Positions 52,040 through 64,000 of a stretch of 64,000 nt of DNA are shown piece by piece. Under the pieces are notes generated by a model. The model had not been told where the DNA came from and made no database searches. It worked only from the letters and a program-made list of their open reading frames with translations. Within the stretch, counting starts at the first letter, position 1; each line of letters opens with the position of its first letter. The stretch comes from Ginglymostoma cirratum (lineage: Eukaryota). The position numbers were made by a program, and so were the translations under genes. Location: positions 23,222,682 to 23,286,681 of the forward strand of contig JAHRHZ010000042.1 in assembly GCA_024137785.1 (NCBI GenBank), written 5' to 3'.

Positions 52040-53756
52040 CAGATAACAAGGTGTGGGGCTGGATGAACACAGCAGGCCAAGCAGCATCATAGGAGCAGGA
52101 AAGCTTGACGTTTCAGGCCTGGACCCTTCATCAGAAATGGGGGAGGGGAAGAGGGTTCTGAAATAAATAGGGAGAGAGGGGGAGGCGGATAGAAGATGGA
52201 TAGAGGAGAGGATAGGTGGAGAGGAGGCAGACAAGTTGAAGAGGCGGGGATGGAGCCAGTAAAGGTGAGTGTAGGTGGGGGGGGGTAGGGAGGAGATAGG
52301 TCAGTCCAGGGAGGACGGACAGGTCAAGGGGGCGGGATGATGTTAGTAGATAGGAGATGGGGGTGGGGCTTGAGGTGGGAGGAGGGGGTAGGTGACAGGA
52401 AGGACAGGTTAGGGAGGTGGAGATGAGCTGGGCTGGTTTTGGGATGCGGTTGGGGGAGGGGAGATTTTGAAGCTTGTGAAATCCACATTGATGCCATTGG
52501 GCTGCAGGGTTCCCAGGCTGAATATGATTTGCTGTGCCTGCAGCCTTCGGGTGGCATTACTGTGGCATTGTAGCAGGCCCAGGATGGACATGTCGTCTGA
52601 GGAATGGGAGGGGGAGTTGAAATGGTTCGCGACTGGGAGGTGCAGTTGTTTGTTGCGAACTGAGCGCAGGTGTTCTGCAAAGCGGTCCCCAAGCCTCCGC
52701 TTGGTTTCCCCGATGTAGAGGAAGCCACAACAGGTACAGCGGATGCAGTATACCACATTGGCAGATGTGCGGGTGAACATCTGCCTGATGTGAAAAGTCT
52801 TCTTGGGGCCTGGGACTGGGGTGAGGGCGGAGGTGTGGGGGCAGGTGTAGCACTTCCTGCGGTTGCAGGGAAAAGTGCCGGGTGTGGTGGGGCTGGAGGG
52901 GAGTGTGGAGCAGACAAGGGAGTCGTGGAGGGAGTGGTCCCTCCGGAAGGCAGATAAGGGTGGGGAGGGAAAACTGTCTTTGCTGGTGGGGCCTGATTGC
53001 AGATGGCGGAAGTGTCGGAGGATGATGCGTTGGATCCGGAGGCTGGTGGGGTGGTACGTGAGGACGAGGGGGATTCTTTTTTGGTTATTATTGCGGGGAT
53101 GGGGTGTGAGGGATGAGTTACGGGAAATGCGGGAGACACGGTCGAGGGCGTTCTCGACCACTGGTGGGGGGGACGTTGCGGTCCTTGAACAATGAGGACA
53201 TCTGAGATGTACGGGAGCGGAATGTCTCATCCTGGGAGCAGATGCGGTGGAGACGAAGGAATTGGGAATAGGGGATGGCATTTTTGCAGGAAGGTGGGTG
53301 GGAGGAGGTGTATTCCAGGTAGCTGTGGGAGTCAGTGGGCTTGAAATGGACATCGGTTTCTAGGTGGTTACCCGAGATGGAGACAGAGAGGTCCAGGAAG
53401 GAGAGAGAAGTGTTGGAGATGGTCCAGGTGAACTTCAGGTTGGGGTGGAAGGTGTTGGTGAAGTGGATGAACTGTTCGAGCTCCTCGTGGGAGCACGAGG
53501 CGGCGCCAATACAATCATCAATGTAACGGAGGAAGAGGTGGGGTTTAGGGCCAGTGTAGGTACGGAAGAGGGATTGTTCCACGTAACCTACAAAGAGGCA
53601 GGCATAGCTTGGGCCCATGCAGGTACCCATGGCCACCCACTTTGTCTGTAGGAAGAGCAGCTTTCCTGCTCCTCTGATGCTGCTTGGCATGCTGTGTTCA
53701 TCCAGGTCTACACCTTGTTTTCTCAGATTCTCCAGCATCGGCAGTTCCTACTATCT
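52040..53756 (-). mobile_element. Penelope-like retroelement, 5'-truncated, with inverted pseudo-LTR at 53658-53756
   Basis: RT motifs AMGTCMGPSYACLF and LRYIDD; GIY-YIG VYCIRCTCCGFLYIGETKRRLGDRFAEH; ORFs 53118-53738 and 52409-53353 overlap across a frameshift. Confidence 0.93.
52107..52134 (-). ncRNA. Hammerhead ribozyme motif in Penelope pseudo-LTR
   Basis: CUGAUGAAGGGUCCAGGCCUGAAACGUC on the minus strand. Confidence 0.55.
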
Positions 53757-53799
53757 CTTTTATTCCTAGATTTTGTTTCCTGTCTACTAACTAATTTTA

Positions 53800-54350
53800 T
53801 GTTCATTTCAATACACTGCTCCCAATCCCATGCATTTTGTTTTTACACATTTGTCTCTAATGTGGAACCTTGTTGAAAGCCTTGTGAAAGTATAAAAAAG
53901 GTACACCCACTAGCTATGTTCCCCCCCGCCGCCACCTCATCACTATTAGCACATTCAAAAATTTCCAGTACCTTTGTCAAGCGTTATTTATCTTTTATAA
54001 ATTCATGCCGGCTGCATCCGATTCTACCAGTGCGTTCTAAGTGCTCTGCTATAAAATGCTCAATAATGGACTCTACCATCTTTCCCACTACTGACATCAG
54101 ACCCACTAGTCTGTAATTCCCTGCTTTCTCTCTACCTTCCTTTTTAAATAGATGGGTTACATTAACTACACTCCAATCTGTGGGAATTGATCCACAGCCC
54201 TTAGAATCTTCGAAGATGACCACCAATGCATTCACTATCTCTAAGGCTAACTTTTTACGTATTCTGGGATGGAGATTATCTGGATCTAGGGATGTATTGG
54301 CCTTCAATCCCATTAATTTCCACAGCACTACTTCTCCACTAATACAGATT
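53800..54350 (-). mobile_element. CR1 LINE internal fragment
   Basis: DPDNLHPRI..IPTDW..LFKKEGREKAGNYRLVGLMSVVGK. Confidence 0.8.
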
Positions 54351-57300
54351 TGCTTCCCCAAAGTCTCGGATTACATCTGTCTTTGTAAGTGCTTGATCTA
54401 TTTTCCATGATTATATTAATGCAGTAGTGGGGGGGATGGGGGTGGAGGTGAATAGGTTATTATGTCAAACCAAGTGATTTGACAGAGAACAGAGTTAGTT
54501 TCACTTATTCCTGAAAAGCAGTTTTGACTCTATAAATCAAATCTATCCAAACTGAGACACAACTGCTGGAGTTTTCCTCAAGGTTTGTGAGTAAATTGAA
54601 AATAAAGTAGCTGCAAGTAGGCTATCTTTGAATTGCAGTAACCACCACAGTTTCCTGCCAACTGTGTCACTGCATGTTTAACTTGACGTGATTGGAAATT
54701 ATGGACAGGAAGCTTGCCCTTAAGATTTGCTTCTCTGGGTCTTCAGAGTGTAGTTTGCAGCTGTTGTTAATTTTATGGGTTTTTTTTCCTGGCAGCCTAT
54801 TCCCGTCATTGTTCCAGGTGTGGTAAGAATGCTTCCATTTGGTAAACTTACTTTTTTGCACTTCTCTGAGGTGTCGGATTTATCCTGGTGTTGGCATAAT
54901 ATTGAGTGTGAAACAGCAGGTCCTCATTCAGCCCCTTGAGTTAATTTTAACATTCAATTGGATCACAGCTGGTCTGTATCGTAACTCTATCTACTTGCAG
55001 TTTGTTCATGTGCACAGAGGAATCACCGTGGTGATTCAGAGGCAGTGTGAGCAGGATGGACTAACCACACTTATAATTTAAATTTCGATATCTCTGTTGC
55101 TGACTTATGTACAAACCAGAAAATAGAACCATCTGTCTATTCAAGAAGAATGGGGTGGATTTCCATGGGAATCCTCTTGTTTGTCCATCATAACTTCAGC
55201 TCAGAAGCTGTGCAATTGAGGAAAGAATGCTGTAAAATCTTCATATGCCTCTTTTCTGGTTTCACCCTGTTTCTTCCATTAAATTTCTGTTAGGATGGGT
55301 TTTACGAATTCACCCATGGTCAAAAAACAACAAACTAGCTTTGACAAGAATCACAGAATCGTTCCGGAGATGCATTTTCCAAGGATGTTGAATAAAGAAT
55401 TTGCTTACCAAATTGCCTCCTCATAAATGGAGTCTTTGTAGTTTTTTGTTCTTGCATACCTCCTTGCTCAGTACATTTGAAAATTGTTTCCTTTATCAAA
55501 ATGAAAATCAGCTGTGTAAGCTTCAATGAAAATGTGACTTGGCACTCACACTTGGGATACTGACTAGAATTAGAAACTCTCATTTTAACGTGTATTATGT
55601 CCCAGGCCTGCAAGTGGAAAATGACCATAACTATTGCAAATAGTCCTATTTAGGGTCTCCTCTCCCACAATGGCAGCCTACTAACCACAGTCTCTTTTTA
55701 TCTTTAAGTTGATATAAAATCTTTAGAAGCTATCCCAATCTCTGTGGTTCAATAATTATGTCAGGTATCAAGAACTGATGCAACAGAGGAAAAATAAAAA
55801 GAAATGTACCTGTCATCAAAGTCCTGTATCCAAATAAATTTTCAGACAGTGGTATGTGAGATTTTGCTGTTCTCCCAAGGTAGCTCAAACACTACATCAT
55901 TGAATCAACATTTGACACTAAGACACATAGTTTTGAGGACAAATTATCAATATCAGCAACAAACAAGCCTGTCTTAAATGTGTCTTTGAGGAGGAGAATG
56001 AAGAGCTGGAGAGGATGAGGAAGAAATTTCCAGAATTAAGATCCTAGGCAATTGAACCACAACCTGCAATGTTGAGGCAAGTCAACAAGGAATAAATAAG
56101 TACTTAAAATTGAAAGAACCCAGAGATTTTGAGTGTTGATGGCCTGGAGAAAATTGAGGGCAATGTGTCAGTTCTTTGAAGAACTAGAAATACAGAATAT
56201 ACTTTTTGATTTCAAGGCATTGGTGAACTGGGAAGCAATGTTGATCAGCAGGTTTATGGTTAGAAGGAATTTGGTGTGAATTGGGATATGCACTGAAAAG
56301 TCATGCTGTTTGTGTATTTGATGTAACCAATGGACAACAGTTTTGCTCAGAGTGTTGTGATATCATAAACCTCAGAACTTCAATAAATGTTCATGGATTG
56401 AATGACCCAACAAAAAACAGTGACACGTGGAACACAGCAGCGATAACTGTGTCTGGAATAAGCTATTAAGGACCAAAAGAAAATTGTACAGGAATTGAGA
56501 GTAATCAGCTGTGCCTGGGAGTTGAAACTACATGAACAAAACTACTTTGACACCTGCTTGATAAACTGGCTGGTCTATTGCCACAAAGGACAAGGATTGC
56601 CATGCAGAAGAATTTAAGGAGTTAATCGCAGAAAAGCTGTCAATGCCAAATGTAACAAGGCACAAAGACTTGCAGTAATTTAGATGAAAGGACTTTCAAA
56701 AAATCATCAATAATATCACACATGGACTGATGGACAAAAATCTGCCTGAGAATCAAACACCAGGATCCCCCTTTAGCAGAACTTGGAAGAACAGCACTGC
56801 ATAAGGATCAAACACTTCCAGAGACAGACACTGTTGGTGAAATCTGACCAATTTCCAGCACTAAACAGGCAATAGCCAAGTTAGGTTGTGAGGCTTAACT
56901 TGCTGACTTGAGGGGTCTTGTTTTGATTGCTACATGCGATAAAGTTTAAATCATTTTTCAGTACTTGCCTGATGGTGAGCTTATTTGATAAGTGGCCCAA
57001 TTAAAGGTAACTTGTGGTAATTTACCCACAACCATGTCAATGAATAATCAACAGAAAACAAATGTAATGCAAATAGTACACTTGAAGATATGAAACTTGG
57101 AACAAAATAATTAGCCCCAAAGTTATCGAGATTCATGAATAACTAAATCAACAAAAATATCCTGTAAATTCATTGTTTTTCTGAGGTCTGAGATTTTCAT
57201 CTGCATATGTGACATAATAAAACACATTTCTGCACTGTTTTATTTTTCCTTAGTGAATCAACCCTCTTGTATCAGGAACAGGAGTATGCAACACTGTAAA

Positions 57301-58062
57301 CTGGTTGTGATTCTCCCAATGATCTTTTCAGCCTGACACTGTACTCTTTACATGAGAATTTGTCACATTTACTTTCAGAACTTATCGCAATAGTTTCTAA
57401 TTTCATTATGGTTTGTTGATTATTTATTTGCTGATGGATTGAATCAAATATTACTCTATTCTCGCATTGATGCTGACTAAGCTGCTGTTCATTTCCAACA
57501 TTTGCTGTCTTTTTAAAATCTTATTGCATTGTTGATTTCATATAATTCGTTGTATTGTGAAATAGTGGAACAACATTACATGTGTACAATTTTGAATGCA
57601 ACTTTGCAACTTTTGGAGGTAATGTTTTGAAAAGCTTTGTAAGTAAATGACTGTATCTGTATTCATATTGAAAATATGATGGGAATTATGTTTGAAGCAA
57701 TATAAGACTAGTGAACACCTTTTGCTATGAATGTTGATGATATGTAAAATTAATTTCTGTAATGTCCTTTATTCTCTGTTGACTCAACAGTGGCTACTTA
57801 TCACGAAACTGATTCAGAGATTAACACAAACACAAAATTAGTTTATATTCTTCTCATTAGCATTGCTTGAAATAAACTAGTTTTATATGAAAATGTATCC
57901 AGCCCCACCCCTTTATATGAAAATGTGCTTGCTAAAAATGAATTGCTCCATAAAAGATTTGGTGCAAATGATACTGATTCCAGAATGAATGCAAACTCAG
58001 TACTATTACTCTTTAATACATCAACATCTTTCTACTTATTACTTGAAATGTAAATACTTTAC

Positions 58063-58383
58063 CATAAATCTGTATCATTGTTGCTTGTCCTCTTCTGTCT
58101 AATGGCGAGTAGACACTGGTTAGTTTCACCACACAGTAGAATGATCAAAAGAATTTTTTTCTATTTCCGGTGATGTACACAATGTTTGAAACCACCGAAA
58201 GTAACATCAGAAACACAGGTCAGCTTCTTCATCTCATAGGAGATAATATTCCCTGATGGTGGACCCCTCTTCCAATTAACATGGACCCAGTCAGCATCAG
58301 TTCTATTATAAATCATAAATTTGACACTCCTCTGAAATCACTGACCAGATGTGGTTGTCTCACCTCACAAATGAATGGGTCAC
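58063..58383 (-). pseudogene. V-domain pseudo-exon, paralog of 48159-48509
   Basis: Splice sites are retained (ccag|, G|GTAAAG), but deletions remove the B-strand Cys codon and shift the frame: GDPFICEVRQPHLVSDFRGVSNL* with TGA at 58313-58315. Confidence 0.88.
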
Positions 58384-58532
58384 CTGGCAGAATAAAAGTC
58401 ATCATTTTCAGCTGGTTTCACATTCACATTCTTTCAAAAGAAATAGGAAACTTTGAAATCTCATTTCAAACAATGCTAAAGTTGAAAAATCCTTCCTCTT
58501 GGATCATATGTGAAAAAAAAAATTAAATATAT

Positions 58533-58700
58533 AGATAGCAAGAACTGCAGATGCTGGAGTCAGAGACAAAACAGTGTGGAGCTGGAGGAGCGCAGCAGGC
58601 CAGGCAGCATCAGAGCAGCAGGAAAGTGGACGGGTCGGGACCCTTCTTCAGAAATGATGCTGCCTGGCCTGCTGTGTTCCTCCAGCTTCACACTTTGTTA
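58533..58700. mobile_element. Inverted Penelope pseudo-LTR pair in intron 1 of the duplicate cassette
   Basis: gcagcaggccaggcagcatc ... gatgctgcctggcctgctgtg; absent from the paralogous intron near 48640. Confidence 0.75.
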
Positions 58701-59233
58701 TAATTTAAATTTAACTGTCTTCTCTCCGATTTAATTTACAGTATGCAATAGGTTGTGTCCTGGTGTTCTGGACTAAAATACATTGTTTCCCCTGCTCTGA
58801 ATTTGTTTCTTTTTATGAAATCATCTGATCATGATGTCATCATCAGAATCCATTGGAGATCTTTATTTACAGCTCTCTGAAAGTGGCTGCTATCAGGTTG
58901 AACCATGTGCAAAGACAGACCCACTTTTATTTATCTAAAAAAAACCCTTTAAATATTCTGAATCCTGCCAGCGTTAGGGTTCACAATCAATATACAAAGT
59001 ATCGTCTGAACTGGAATGTAACTTTTACACAGGAGGCTTAACCCAACTACTGTGATGTGGGCCTTTGAACAGTGATCTCAATCGAATTGTCCAAATGACA
59101 TGGTTGTGTCTCACTTGCTTTCTCTGCAGTTCCATACCATATAGAAAAGCTGAAATACCTTAAAAGGGGTAATCGAATGCCTACAATGCCAGCACCAAAT
59201 GAATGTACCAATGTTCTGAGCAGAGCATCTTAC

Positions 59234-59282
59234 CTTGAACTGCTGTTTGCAAAATGAAAAGCAGCTTCAGCAGGAGCTGCAT
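59234..59282 (-). CDS. Duplicate leader exon, intact (MQLLLKLLFILQTAVQ-G)
   Basis: Same peptide as 49169-49217 with one synonymous change (GCC/GCA); donor GTAAG intact. Confidence 0.75.
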
Positions 59283-59489
59283 CTTTCAATGTTTCCGAAC
59301 GTTCCGAAAACTGTTTCAGTTCCAGACCTGAAGCAGGAAGAGTGTTGTTCTCGGAGCGTTTGAGACATCAGTACAGATGCTTTGCCGGGGGAATAATTTA
59401 TATTTCAGCCCGAAACGGGCAGAAACTGCAAAGTGCCATGGATCTGAACTACTGTAAGGAAGGAAGTTACGTGGGAAGCGAAAGAGAGT

Positions 59490-60538
59490 CCCTCTCTTTT
59501 GCGAGCAGAACGTAGATGTTCTGCAAATTGGTCACCCAATCTATGCTTCATTTTCCCAAAGTAGAGGAGACCACATTGTGAGCAGCAAGTGCAGTAGACT
59601 AGATTCTGGGAATTGCAGGTGAAGTGCTGCTTTACCTGGAAGGTGTGTTTGGGCCCTTGGGTACTGGGGAAGGAGGAGGTAAATGGGCAGGTGTTGCACC
59701 TTCGCCGGTTACAGGGGAAGGTGCCGTAGGGCTGTGGGGTGGTGTTGGGGGTGAAGGAAATGTGGACCAGGGTCTCCCAGAGGGAACGGTCCCTGCGGAT
59801 GGCAGACAAGGGAGGGGAGGGGAATATCTGTCTGGTAGTGGCACCTCGCTGGAGGTGACAGAAATGCCGTCTGATGAGCTTCTGGATGTGGATGCTTGTT
59901 GGATGGTAGGTAAGGACAAGGGGAGCCCTATCGATTTTGCGGGATGGAAGAGAAAGGGTGAGGGCAGAAGTGCAGGAGATGGGTTGGACTTAGTTGAGGG
60001 CCCTGTCGACAACAGAGCTGGGGAATCCTCGATTGAGGAGGAAGGTGGACATTTTGGAGGCTCCCTTGTCGAAGTTGGCCTCATCTGAACATATACAACA
60101 GAGAGGGAGGAACTGAGAGAATGGGATGGAGTCTTTACAGGAAGTGGGGTGTGGGAATGTATAGTCCAGGTAGCTGTGTGAGTCAGTGGGTTTGCACTGG
60201 ATATTAGTGTCCAGTCCATCCCCAGAAATTGAAACAGAGATGTTAAGGAAGGGAAGCAAGGAATCAGAGATAGACCAGGTGAAAGTGACAGCAGGATGGA
60301 AATTGGAGGCGAAATTAATGAAGTTTTTCAATTCCAGATGAGAGGCAGATGCAGCACCGATGATATTATTGATGTAACGGAGAAAGAGTTGTGGTGGGGT
60401 CTGGAATAGGCCTGGAACAAGGAATATTCCATGTATCCCATGAAGAGACAGGCATAACTAGGGCCCATGCGGGTACCCATGCCCACCCCTCTTACCTGAA
60501 GAAAATGAGAGGAGTTAAAAGAGAAGTTGTTGAGGCTT
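59490..60538 (-). mobile_element. Penelope-like fragment truncated at both ends
   Basis: GMGTRMGPSYACLF, KPTDSHSYLDY and LVYCTCCSQCGLLYFG..RLGDQFAEH; frameshifted. Confidence 0.9.
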
Positions 60539-63500
60539 GTGTGTAAACTCAAAATATTGGAGGTGGATTTTAGCTCGGATTTTCTAACACATACCTTCCG
60601 TGTATTCAGGGGTCAGATTATGAGTTGACCATTAATTTACACTGTCATGTTGATGTCAATGCACATCTGAAACTGTATCACTGGCATAATTCAGTATCAC
60701 CGCACCTTACAATGCCACTGTGGGCACTTTTCCTGTGTTGGTAATGAGAGCGCCACCTTGTGCATAACTGCAACATCACACTGTTGGATTTCTGACAGGG
60801 TGACAGGACTCACTTGTAATGTTCTGTTTCGGTGGGGTCGACATCTACATCTGTAACTAACATCTGTATTCCACCAACATTTTATTAATGAAACAGCAAG
60901 GTGTCAATGACAAGATAATCTGTTTAATTTGTGATGATTTCAAGACAAATATTGGTAACGACATTAGGGATATATCCCCTGCTATTCTTCAATAAAATGC
61001 CATAGAATTTTATACACCGGTAGAAACCGCTAGATAGGGCTTTGGTCTAACCACTTATCTTGTGATTTAACGGGGAAGACAGCATCGATAATCAAGCCCC
61101 ATTATTCCCCAATCCATCACAGAAGTGTAAACACCCAATATAAACCACCATGGTGAACAGATTGTGTGACTGATTCTATTCAGACCAAAAACAATTCACA
61201 CCAAGTTTCACCAACTCTATTTATTGCCACATTTTGACTATTTTTGGAGGGGTTAGCATGTAACAAAATTCTTCATTCTTATGCACAAGAAAACTTTAAA
61301 ATCAGCTCCTTTACTTCTGGTCAGGTTAATCCTGTTTCAATTGAAGTGAAACAGCAGCATGTTAGAAAGCATTAGAATGAATTTTTGTGACTGAATGAGA
61401 CCAAGTTAAAGAAAGGGAGGAAATTCACTCTCTTCACCTGGCTGTAACACCAATAATAGGCATTCTGCGCAATTTTACAGAACTCCAAAGTTAGATCAGG
61501 GTCCTTCAGATTGTCATTATCATAATTGGTCATTTGGCTAATGGATAGAAAAATAAAGTAGGAATGAATGGGTCATTGTTAGGAGTCAGTAGCATGAAAC
61601 TGGTGAAGTACCTCTATTTGCCATGCATATCATTGACTTAGTTTGTGTACTGATTGTAATCTGTCCAGGTTTGCTAGCAATACAAAGCTGGGGGTTTAAG
61701 ATCTGAGGAGGAGGCAAAGAGACTACGAAGAGTTTGATTCTCTGTTCTACACTTTTCAGCCAGGCGAAACAGCCTGTCAGTGTCAACCAGTGAATAATTT
61801 TATATGTTCCAATGACATTATCTTCTAACTTCTAGGTAAATTAGACTATGACTGTTTGGGCAAGGAAATGGCAGGTAGAATATAACATGAGACATGAAAT
61901 TAACCACCAAGGTAGCAAGAATAGAAAAGCAGTATATCTTATAAAATATGGAGGTAATAAAAATGTATTCAGTGGAATTTAGCAGTTTTGTACATGTATC
62001 ACAGAAAATTAATTTTCAAATACAATCTGCCTTTAGAATAGCACATTGAATAATAGAATATATCCAAAGATATTTAAGCATAAAATAAGAAAAAAAATGC
62101 AGCATTTGTCTTGTGCTTTCATGAATCCTTTATGAAGGTTTTGTAAGCAGTTCTGACCTCCTTACCACAAAGTGGGCCATTCAGTCTTTGGTTAGAATGG
62201 ATCAATATTGTATGATGTTTGGAAGAATGAGTGGTGATCCATTAAAACATATAAAACTCTTCAACGCTTCCCTCCCAAGAGGTGCCTGCCACGTTAGCCC
62301 CTGAACCCCACCTTCCTCTATCTAAGACAAGCTGGGTTAGACAGTCTCAATGACTTTATGCTCATCCCTGGAGTGAAAATGCAATTTTGACTGGCTCTTG
62401 TTCGTAACCTCTTGCTGTAGCTGGGAATCCACGAAGGGCCACAAATGCCAGTAACAGTCAATCCAGTGGTGTCCGCTGATGCGGTTCGATGCATTGGACA
62501 TGACTGATGTGTACCTTGGGTTTTCTTTCCTTTCTTGGTGGTCCTTGCAAGTGGGCTTGTTGCTTTGGATGGTGGCGGATGTTGCTGGTGTTAGCCCGGG
62601 GTTGGTGTCTTGTGTCTCTGGGTACTTTCGGTCACCTCCAGACATTGAGTGGAGGTTGGTGGTTAGTTGATGGTGTTCAGTGGTTGTGAGGGCTGTTCTC
62701 GGTGTCAGGGGTGTTCACAGAGTCCTTGCTGGGGACTTTTCTCTGGGTCAGCAAGTCTGACTGATCCCCTTTCCCTTCCTCACAGGGTTGGCTGAAGAAC
62801 TCCTTCGCAAGCGGGGCCTACCTCCTGCTCTGACTCTCGATCTCCCCTTGTGGAGCCCACCTCAGAGCACACATCTGGTTGGAATTGGGGTGCATTGCTG
62901 GTATCGCAGTGCCTACTGTTCACAGTCCACCCTGCTGGGATTGGGGCCCCCAGTTGTACCTATCTGCAACCCCCTTATCTTCCAACAAATCTGGTTTCAG
63001 CTGCCAAGCTATTGTTTCTCCTCTCAGGGCTGAATGAGCTTCCCAATCACTGGAGTAGGTGTGAATGGCCTTTCGATGAAGCTGAATGGTTTCAATGGTT
63101 TGGAATGTCCAGTATTTCCCTAGGATGGGTATATGTTAAGTTTTGAAATGTGTGTAAGGTTCGGTATTTCTGTGCTGGAGCACTGGTTGGAAATTGAATG
63201 GCTTTGTACCTCTGTAGGCTCCAAAGGGTCTGAAGTTGTTGAAGTTGCTTGTTTCCTGCAGTCAGGCTTCCATTGTTTTAAACTGGGGCATGAATGGGGG
63301 TCTTCCTTTAGTTTCTACATGTTAAACCCTGCTCCAGACATCTGCTCTGGGCTGTATATTACCCAATCTGTCCCAACCAGCCTTTTCCTGGTTAAATTGC
63401 AACTGATGATTTCTTGAGTCCAAATGTTCAGTGAATTTGAAACCAATGTAATTTCCACAAAATTCTGTCTTCAGATGGTTTTAATCCAGGGTATGTCCAT

Positions 63501-64000
63501 AAACTGATGGGGATTTTTGCCCTACCTCACACTTCATTCCATCACTTTCCCTTTAAGGTCATGTCTACCTGAGTTCTATTAATGCTTTGATGCAAACTAC
63601 GAAATACTGTCAAAACAATTCCACGCAAATGCCTGTTTCAATGAGAATTTCAACGTAAAAGACATAACAACAACTCTTAAGGACTGGACTTAGCACAGGG
63701 GAGAGATAGGTCTAATCCATTCTGACTCTTATATGCAGATTATATTTTCAGAGCCTGAATGGTCAGGAGGTTTGTTTTATCCAAAATCAGAGGTTGACTA
63801 GCTTACTGTAACACAATTGAAATGATACGTACATATTGCCACAACTTCCCACTCACGTTCACTATCACAGGTCAATCTGTGCAGGATCTATCATCCAGTT
63901 TAGTTTTTGTGAACTGTTCATCTAATTAAAAAGGCAAATGGAATTTTGCCTGCCATTGCTAGTGGGATCGGGTTTGAAAACAGGGAAGCTATGCTGCAAC

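Larger units (their letters stand above)
57015..61165. repeat. Tandem segmental duplicate of about 46925-52035 (promoter, leader, intron 1, V exon, part of intron 2)
   Basis: Collinear homology seen by eye: 46925-48780 with 57015-58848, 48781-49422 with 58849-59489 (near identical), and 51414-52035 with 60539-61165. Confidence 0.85.

Noticed and set aside
52324-53651. Long Pro/Ser-rich and antisense ORFs
   Set aside because: Alternative frames of the C-rich Penelope element, not host genes
1-64000. CRISPR arrays, operons, rRNA or tRNA genes
   Set aside because: The sequence is vertebrate; tRNA-like segments are SINE heads and no repeat-spacer array was seen

Overview
Eukaryotic, repeat-rich genomic DNA from a cartilaginous fish, probably a shark, judged from the HE1/V-SINE, CR1 and Penelope repeat content. 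Most short ORFs in the supplied track are TE fragments or noise. The main content is one multi-exon gene on the minus strand, spanning about 49217 down to 208 or beyond, which I assembled by hand from splice sites and exon phases. It encodes a type I Ig-superfamily receptor of about 453 aa: a leader, a germline-joined VJ-type V domain (YICVVQVPNIYPPLERKGQGTKIQI), two Siglec/CD22-like C2 domains, an uncharged transmembrane segment, and a tyrosine-rich tail with ITIM-type motifs (IIYAFV, VSYADI). The tail is carried on four mini-exons 30-40 kb downstream; linking them to the TM exon is an inference from phase compatibility. About 10 kb upstream is a partial tandem duplicate made of promoter, intact leader and a frameshifted V pseudo-exon. 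Its promoter/leader block is nearly identical to the functional copy while its flanks are clearly diverged. The introns contain two long inverted-repeat pairs, Penelope elements with hammerhead-ribozyme motifs, and nested or captured insertions.
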